In this document: positions 56,332-64,000 of the stretch, piece after piece
Numbering within the stretch: position 1 is the stretch's first letter
Layout of the letters: every line of letters starts with the position of its first letter
Origin: Candidatus Absconditabacterales bacterium
GTDB taxonomy: Bacteria > Patescibacteriota > Gracilibacteria > Absconditabacterales > Absconditicoccaceae
NCBI GenBank assembly: GCA_937958645.1
Contig: CALGNI010000038.1
Location: 3,647-67,646, forward strand
Length of the DNA stretch: 64,000 nucleotides
Direction of reading: 5' to 3'
Made by a program: the position numbers and the translations under genes
The notes under the pieces: generated by a model
Database searches by the model: none
Told to the model about the DNA's origin: nothing
Seen by the model: only the letters and a program-made list of their open reading frames with translations

Positions 56332-57138
56332 ATGGATGAAAATATCATACGTTCTCTAATAGGACGATGAATGACCGATAAGGAAGCCATAATATACTAC
56401 GCGCTTCTGGAACTATGAAGTTCTCCTGCGAGTTCAATTTCGAGATATTTAAATCAAAATAGAACTACAGTCTATACAATACTAAAAAGAATGAAAGAGA
56501 GATGAATTGTTCAAGAGTTAAGATCAAAAAAAACTTTATACTATTCAGTTATCGAGCCCGATAAGTTATTTAGAGACCTTTCCAATAGAGCGACAGCATT
56601 TAGCTCTATAATTCCTGAGTTATTAAACTTAAGTAAGTCTTTTGATTCTAAGCCAAAAATTCAATATTTTGAATGAAAAAAATGATTTCACTTTCTCATG
56701 GAAGATATTTTGGCAAGTAGATCTGATGTTAGATCTTTGCGAGGATCATCTCCGTTTTATACAGATGAGGAATTCATTTCTCGACTATCAAAATCTGCGC
56801 AAAAATATAGAGAAACTTTGCATAATAATTGATTTGTCTCTTATAGAATTTTCTGAATTAGTACTTTAAATACCCACATTGGGGATACATTAAAAAATGA
56901 TAAGTTATTCCGTAGAGAAATGAGAATAGTTGAAAATCCTATATTTGATATTAAAACAGATTTGGTGATATATGCAAAGGATAAGGTTTCATTATCATTT
57001 TTTGATGACAACTGAATTCCACATATTCTAATAATTACTAATGTAGCTATTTATAAAACTATGCTGAGCATCTTTAAGTTTCTTTGGTGAAGTTGAATAG
57101 AATATTCAGATGATTTTTTCCTTTGAAAGAAAAGATAA
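56332..57138 (+). CDS. TrmB-family transcriptional regulator
   Basis: 'GMTDKEAIIYYALLELGSSPASSISRYLNQNRTTVYTILKRMKERGIVQE'. Track ORF 56642-56869 is out of frame. Confidence 0.7.
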
Positions 57139-57214
57139 AGCGCTCAAGTAGTTGTTATATGAGATCGTTGACTATTCTGTATGTGCTTTTTTGAATTGAT
57201 TTGAACAACTTCTT

Positions 57215-57485
57215 TTATTGCGTCGCACTGAAGTGATGAGGTAATATTCCGAATATATATTAAATCAGAAATATCAAAACTTTTTTATAAGTTATATATG
57301 ACTAAATAATTCTACTTCTTCGTGATAGTAATGCTTTCCCAGACTTTCGAACGAAAACAAAGGTCTATCTTCGAGGAACGAGAAGAAAAATTGGGCGAAT
57401 AGTTTCATTTCATGAAACCGCTAATCAAAGATTAGTACTCCGTTCGCTTGCGACGGAGCAAGTCCAATCTTAGATTTTTGTTTTT
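57215..57485 (+). mobile_element. structured element copy B (rearranged, intergenic)
   Basis: The core 57313-57485 aligns with copies A and C and carries an extra hairpin insert. The 5' hairpin module (57215-57255) is present but inverted and displaced by about 57 nt. Confidence 0.65.
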
Positions 57486-57546
57486 ACTTCATTGCAAATT
57501 TGAGTATCTATTATATAGATATGTTGCGATTTATAACAGTCATATT

Positions 57547-58287
57547 ATGATTCAAAAAGTACTACAAGATATTTGATTTAGTGATAGGGAGGCTAAAATT
57601 TATTTAGCTTGACTTGAAACATGACTTGCTCCAGCTAGTAAGATTGCTAAATATGCTAATGAAAGAAGAGTGACAACATATCAAACTTTGTTACAAATGT
57701 CGAAAAAACAATGGGTAAAACAGGTAGTTAAGAATAATGTGTCTCAATACGAGATGGTTTCACCAAAAGAGTTATGAACTATTTATACTAAGAGAGTTTG
57801 ATTATTAAACGAAAAAATACCAGAGATGGTTGCGTTAATGAACAACTTTTCTTCGAAACCTATTGTGAAATATTATCAATGAAGAGAACAGCTAAAAGAG
57901 CTATTTAATAAGATCGTTTTTGATTGATTTAAAATGAATCAGGATGATTATTTTTTAAGTTTTCTATGAACTTGAGACGTAGATAAAGAATTTTCTAATC
58001 GGCTTTCAACTGAATTTAAAAGATACAGACTCACTTGTCCTACTAGATCAAGATTTCTCCTTTCAGAGTGAGATCATGAATATTTAAAATATAATATGAA
58101 ACATCACGAATTTCGTTTGGTAAAAGACCCTATATTTAAAATTGCAAATCAGATAGTTATTTATGGAGATCTTAAAGTAGCTATTTTGATGTATAACGCT
58201 GACGAATTATCTTGAGTAGTTATTCAAAGTCAAAGTTTTCATGATGCTCTAAAATGAATATTTTATACTATTTGGAACGTGCTTTAA
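57547..58287 (+). CDS. TrmB-family transcriptional regulator
   Basis: 'GFSDREAKIYLAGLETGLAPASKIAKYANERRVTTYQTLLQMSKKQWV'. 246 aa. Confidence 0.7.
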
Positions 58288-58438
58288 GAATTCAAAACTT
58301 ATTAAATTTGTTTTGTTGTTTATTTTTACAACACGTAGCTTTTAAAAACCTTGTTATTAAATAAATCTCTACTAATATGAACTTTAATACTACATTGAAG
58401 TTTTTTTAGATAGTATTTATTTGCTCATATCAATTCAA

Positions 58439-59203
58439 ATGAAGCTTACAAAAAAAAGTTATGAACGTGAATCTCATAGTATTTGGAGGGCAATGTATAC
58501 TATGCAGATGGATACAATCAAAAAGTATGATTGCGTTTCTAAAGAAATTTTGAAATGAATTCACAAGATCGGTTTCGATCCCAAAAAAATACCTAATGCT
58601 CGTAATATATCTAGAAAATTAATATGATTAACATGATGGTCTCTTTGTGATGCAACTAGTCCTTTTATGACACATGATGATTGGTTTTCGTGTTTGATAA
58701 ATAAGAAATTTCCTGTTACCAATTATATTCGTAAACATAAGGATATACTCTATACTCCATTGCCAGATATGTTTCACGAATATTTTTGACATATGCCTCA
58801 AATGTCACTTGACTTCTTTGCTAATTTAGAGTATAAAATGGCTAGAATTCATCAGAATGCAATTTCATTAGATCTTAAGATAAAATTATATGATTTCTCA
58901 TGGTGGACTATTGAGTACTGAGTACTTATGGAAGATTGAATTCCAAAAGCAGTCTGAGCATGATTGTTATCTTCTCCTTGAGATTTGCGTGATTTTGTTG
59001 ATTGAAAATTTGAACTAAAAAGATGAACTCTTGCTTCTTTGATATCTCATAAGCCAAGTCCACATCAACAGCATAAATTTCTTTTCTATTTTGAATCACT
59101 TCAAGAGTGGGATACATTGCTAGATGAATACGTTGCGTTTTCAAAGAAACAATCTAAAGTAAAAGAATGATTGCCCTCTGGAAGGGTAATTAGTGATGAA
59201 TAG
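58439..59203 (+). CDS. phhA: phenylalanine-4-hydroxylase (aromatic amino acid hydroxylase family)
   Basis: 'PLPDMFHEYFGHMP' (iron His pair), 'WWTIEYGV', 'GAGLLSSPGD'. Confidence 0.8.
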
Positions 59204-59232
59204 TGATTTTAGTTATTTACTGATCTAATTAA

Positions 59233-60375
59233 ATGGAAAACGTTAATGCAAGTTGATACATAAATAAGAATGTCGAAATTAGAAATGACAAAAACATTAT
59301 TCAATTGTCGTTGTGACGTAATCCTTTAGGAATGCATCAAGCTTTGAAAGATTTTTATAAATCTTGAGAAAACTGACTTCTTATTCCATCTGAATCATAT
59401 TGAGATCCAAGTTTAACAGCTTCGAAATCGCTTATTGTAGAATGATTGTGATTGCAAGATGTGACTAATGATCAAATATTACTCGATTGAAATTGAAGTT
59501 ATGGTATGTGAGATGAGATAACACGTATTTTGGCAAATCAATGATTCAAAACTATAACAGTTTTGCCATACTCATTTCCAAATGTATGAGAACGAGCGAA
59601 AAGACATAAAGTACAGTACAAGAGCTATTGAGAAGAGAAAGATTCAATACAAGAAAATTTTGATAAATTGTTGAATAGCTCTAATAATTCTTTTATCGAG
59701 AGTATAGTCTATATTGATTTTCCAAATAATCCAACATGATTTAGTGTAAATGTTGAAAAACTTTACGATTTGGTAACCAAAGTTAAAAAATCAGGTTGAA
59801 TTGTCTTCTTGGACTGAGCATTTTGAGAATACAATGAAGATTTTTCACTAATAATATCGGAAGTTGTAAGAAGATGATGAATTGTTATCTGATCTACTTC
59901 AAAAATGCATTGAATTCCTGATATGAGAATTGGTCGATGAGTTCTCCCAGAGGACTTAGTTTGAAAGACAGATTCGTTGGTATTTTGAATTAATCATTTT
60001 ACAAAAGTGACAATAAAAAAACTCTTTGAACAAGATGAAAATAATGAATCAATTTCATCACTTCATATTCAAGATTCTATACAACACAATACTAAAGTTA
60101 ATAAAATCTTAACCCAAGAGCTTGATAGGTTGTGATATACTGTTCTATCATCAAATTTGCAAGTACCGATTCAAACAGTAATATCGCATATTCATGAGGA
60201 TTTATATACTGTTCTGAAAAATGAATGAAAGATTGCTACTGAATCACTGCATCACTACAATAGCACGTTACTTGATTCTAAAAAATGATATGAGGAGACT
60301 TGAGTGCGCATGCTGACTCCACATGAAGATCAGTTAGATTTGGTTATAGAAAGATTTAAGAAAATAAATAAATAA
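59233..60375 (+). CDS. class I/II PLP aminotransferase (histidinol-phosphate/aromatic aminotransferase-like)
   Basis: 'YIDFPNNPTGF', 'GSTSKMHGIPDMRIG' (PLP Lys). Starts 30 nt after the phhA stop. Confidence 0.7.
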
Positions 60376-60411
60376 ATTTTGATGAACTTAGTTTTATTCT
60401 GTATTTATTAG

Positions 60412-61827
60412 ATGAAAGAAACATACTGAGCAGAAATAGAATTTTTCTCTACTAATAGCGATTGAAAATTAACATGAATTGACGCAGCATGATATGTTAA
60501 TAACTCACTAAATGATTCATCAAGCATGAAATTACATCATGATTCTTGTACGCATTTACTTGAGTTGAACTGAATCGTTTCTGAGGATTTGTCTCTAATC
60601 TTGAGTCAAATTGTGAATGACGTAGATGAGGCAATTAGATATGTTCATAACAAGGATCTTCATGTGCTGAATTCTTCAACACATCCAACTATGACTCATG
60701 CTGAAGCTTATCAAAATAATATTCGTAAGCCGATATATGCTTTATTAAGGCCTGCATCTCATGAAAATGATGTAAATATTCAGTCAGCATTACAGTCAAA
60801 TCATAGAAATTGGAAGCATGAACTCTCTTCATTACATGCTGGTATTCAACCATGGAATTCAATTGAAATAGACTCACTTCAAGAATCATACAATTCATTA
60901 CTTGCTACAGATTTCTTGATTCGTTATTTATCAGCAAATAGCCCATTTTTTGAAGGAAAAATTCAATGATGATTAGATAATAGATGGAGAATGTACGATC
61001 AAGAAAAGTGAATGTTATCAACCTCGATTTATAGTGACGAAACTAGTTGACTGATAAAAAAATATAATCATGATGAAATTACTCTTTCAAAATATCTTGA
61101 TGGTGTATTTTCTCAAAGCAATTTATTTTGAATATGAACTAAGAAGAGTATGTTTGTTCATCAATCACAAAATAAAATTTATGAAGTATTTTGAGATTCA
61201 GGAAAAGAGAAATTTTTGGACATAAATACTTTAAAAACACATACTTTAGATCCATTTGAATCATTCTCTTTTAATGAGCTGGCAAGATTTATACCATATT
61301 TCACTTCATTTTGAATTAGATTAGTTTGAGGAGAAACTATCACTTGAGAAGATTTTAAGCTAACGATGAAATATATACAAGAAAAAAATGAAACTAATCT
61401 GTTACGTATGTTTAAGAAGTATTGAATCAAATTTGCAGTTGAGTGAAGATGATGATCAACGGTGATGCCTGAATGAGATGATTATTCACTTATGTTATTG
61501 CCTTTAATACTCCAATCATATGCTTTAAAGGAGTCCTCTGCTGTAAATAAACGGATAAATCAGCAGCAATGATGATGGGACACGATCAGTAAATTAAATA
61601 AATCTGTTCTAGATTGATGAATTTCTGAAGAGTATACAGAATTTGCTTTGTGATTAATGGAAGTATTATTCGATTCTACTCAAGAATTGTGAGATTCTTC
61701 AGGGTTAATTAACCAATCAGTAGAAAAAGCAAAGGATATGATTAGACTCAATGAAAATAAGGCTCAAAGAGACATTAAGCTTTCAAAAGGTAGTGTTGAT
61801 AAATATACTGAGATGAATTTACTATAG
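60412..61827 (+). CDS. glutamate-cysteine ligase family 2 (GCS2) type carboxylate-amine ligase
   Basis: 'YGAEIEFF', 'LLELN', 'SLHAGIQPW', 'LSANSPFFEGK', 'AVEGRGG'. Track ORF 60589-60969 is in frame. Confidence 0.6.
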
Positions 61828-61836
61828 TATAGGCTT

Positions 61837-62952
61837 ATGATTATAAAATCTTGTGAAATCAGAGTTATATCAGTACCAATGAAGCAATCACTTCTTGTAT
61901 CTTTTGGTGAACTTAAAGAGATTCAAACATTAATTATCGAATTAAAAGATGAGGATTGAAATATTTGATATGGAGAAAGTATTTTAGTGCCATTTCTATC
62001 TTCTTCATTTACGAGTTTTGATGTGTGAAGAATTGTTGCAAAAAAGTATTTAAAACCACTTGTGCAATGATATGAGATTGATGATTATGAAGACCGGAAA
62101 AAAACAATAAGTAAGTTTTCAAAGCACTTAGATCAGATATATTGATATGAAATGGTGAAAGCTTGATTTAATAATGCTTGTATTCATTTGTTGGCAAAAA
62201 GAAAATGACTGTCAGTTTTTCAACTATTCGATGTCAATAAGTCAGAATTTAATGCGCAAGAATCCATTTCAATATGAGATTTTGACTCTATTTCAGCTGA
62301 ATTAGATATATTGAAGAAAAAATGATACACCTTTGTTAAAATAAAAATATGAGATAATAGTGACCTAGATTTGCTATCGACTTTAATCAAATCAAATCCT
62401 TCACTTAAGATTTGAGTCGATGCGAATGCTTGATTCAATAGGTGAGATACTGATTCGCTGCTATTATTTGCGAAAAATAGTTGAGTAGCTTTTATTGAGC
62501 AGCCATTCTGAAAAGAAAGGCTTTTTGACCATGCTCAACTCCAACTATGATTGAAATGTTGAGTGAGCTTAGATGAATCAATAATAACAATTAACGATCT
62601 TAGTGATGCCATTAATTTAGTTTCTTGTAGAATGATAAATATAAAAATTTGAAGAGTCTGATGATTGATGCATTGAATTAAATTGTATGAGCTTGCAGAA
62701 CGTAACCATATTGATGTACGAGTTTGATGAATGTTAGAAACCTGAATTTGAAGAATATATAGTCTTTGCTTATGAGCGCTGATCCAGAATGAAGTTTGAC
62801 ATGATATTTCTGAAGTAAATACTCGATATGAACAAGATATTGTGAAAAAATCATACAAAATAGAAGAAGGAAAATTGAAAATACTGAATTTAACTAAAGA
62901 TATCGAAATTGATTTTGAGGTTTATGAAAAATATACTATTGAAATCTTTTAA
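61837..62952 (+). CDS. enolase-superfamily enzyme (OSBS / N-succinylamino-acid racemase / dipeptide epimerase subgroup)
   Basis: 'FVKIKIG', 'IGVDANAGF', 'FIEQPF', 'VSLDESI', 'INIKIGRVGG', 'GGMLETGIG'. Confidence 0.75.
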
Positions 62953-62971
62953 TCTTAACCTAATCTAAAAA

Positions 62972-63928
62972 ATGAATTCAATACTTACCTCTGTACACAA
63001 TGAAGTGCCTTGAGTACTGCATCTGGATTCTTGAACACAGTGACCTGTATTCTGAGTTAGCTCATGCGTTCATTGATGAGAAGTGACTTGAATAAGAATT
63101 ATTGAAGAATTTCTTAAGAGTAATAAAGAATGAAGAATAAAATTAATAAAATGATCGTTAATGTTAATTCTCGCAAATGTAGATGCGTATAAGTCATTTA
63201 TAGATGTTACTTCTTCGTTAGATAATACTATGACTAAGGAGAAATTAGAGGCAGTGAAAAAATATAGATATCTAGATGAAAATATGAATCGCTGTACAGC
63301 TGAAGATAACTTGAATGTATCCATATCAAGAGAAGTGAAAAGAGTGAATGAATTATCAAAAACATTAGAAAATATTGATATCTTGTTGGATATACATACC
63401 ACCAGTACACCTTCAGACTCAATTATGATTTATTCTTCTTGAATGGGTCGTGAAAAATATTCTGATATATGTAACACAAAAGAACATCTGATAGATATTA
63501 CTGATCATCTAGCTTGAAAACCATTTTTTGATATGGTAGAGCGTAGTGGAGGAGTATGACTAGCAATTGAGTCTTGATATGAACTAGATGATCAATGATA
63601 TAAAGTATGATTTGAAAATCTAATTAGATTGCTAGATGAGGAATGAATGATAGAAGTAGAATGATGAGTCGATCAATTTTACTCTCCTAGAAAAGAAAAT
63701 AGAAAAATACAGATCTATGATCATATTGTCTTCAGAAATAATGATTTCTCCTCAATTTATCTTAAAGATAAGCCATTGCATCATGGACAAATTCTTCCGG
63801 AAGGGACGTATATGTGATTTGATTGATTAGCTGATATATTCTTGAGTGAGGTGTCAATTATAATTATGCCGAATGTAGGAGTAAAATATATATGAGAAGA
63901 GTTTTGTTTTTTGTGAAGATTAGTCTAG
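62972..63928 (+). CDS. succinylglutamate desuccinylase/aspartoacylase (AstE/AspA) family deacylase 2
   Basis: 'GVSSCVHGGEVTG', 'LDENMNR', 'LLDIHTTS'. Track ORF 63161-63442 is in frame. Confidence 0.65.
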
Positions 63929-64000
63929 TAAAATAAACTAAAAAATGAGTTTGTAATGCATGTCAATATATATATAATATTTTTACTAAAAACATTGCTA

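Noticed and set aside
56642-56869. 75-aa track ORF
   Set aside because: It is out of frame inside the 56332-57138 TrmB gene.
1-64000. The fragmented ORF track read as mass pseudogenisation or poor assembly with frameshifts
   Set aside because: All interruptions inside recognisable genes are in-frame TGA codons. Frames never shift. TAA/TAG appear only at plausible gene ends, followed by terminators.
1-64000. TGA = Trp (table 4, Mollicutes-like) or selenocysteine
   Set aside because: TGA aligns with invariant Gly positions (SGGxDS, GxGxG, NLGGGF, THGGH, APTGxAA). TGG is used at Trp positions. TGA occurs dozens of times per gene, far too often for Sec, and no SECIS-like context is seen.

Overview
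AT-rich bacterial chromosome segment that is only coherent under translation table 25 (UGA = Gly, as in Gracilibacteria / Absconditabacteria-SR1, CPR/Patescibacteria). The supplied ORF track uses the standard code and is therefore fragmented. Reading through TGA, with only TAA/TAG as stops, joins the fragments in frame into about 60 intact genes, and the TGA codons fall on invariant glycines of well-known motifs. All CDS coordinates below are my manual re-translation under table 25. Content by region: (i) 0.1-9.4 kb holds a 1244-aa giant protein, an NYN protein, a PIF1-like helicase, YigZ, an orphan MazF/PemK toxin and PrsW. (ii) 9.9-31.3 kb is a core-like block: mutL, tdk, two odd DoxX proteins, glyA, secE-nusG-(insert)-rplK-rplA, a RAYT (REP-associated Y1 transposase), an interrupted murQ, ftsX, mnmA and ftsW. 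(iii) A tRNA-Arg(UCG) sits at 33.0 kb and is followed by a more AT-rich accessory region with very heavy TGA use. That region contains DKNYY, DUF3800, DUF2233, TrmB regulators and, at 43-64 kb, a large cluster of amino-acid and peptide enzymes centred on aromatic amino acids. The cluster includes Phe-4-hydroxylase, aminotransferase, two PLP decarboxylases, two GCS2-type ligases, two AstE/AspA deacylases, an NSAR/OSBS enolase, a FAD oxidoreductase, an MBL hydrolase, an M19 dipeptidase, DUF917, a monomeric mitochondrial-type PheRS-like protein, and TrpR/TrmB regulators. The window is also rich in repeats. These include GTAG-headed REP hairpins, a 75-bp element, GC-rich palindromic elements (one translated in frame inside mnmA), short purine-rich tandem repeats after stop codons, and a roughly 180-nt structured element family with compensatory base changes. 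Copies of that last family seamlessly interrupt murQ and a small ORF at ATAT sites. No rRNA and no CRISPR array were seen. I had no tools, so homology calls rest on recognised motifs and all counts are manual.
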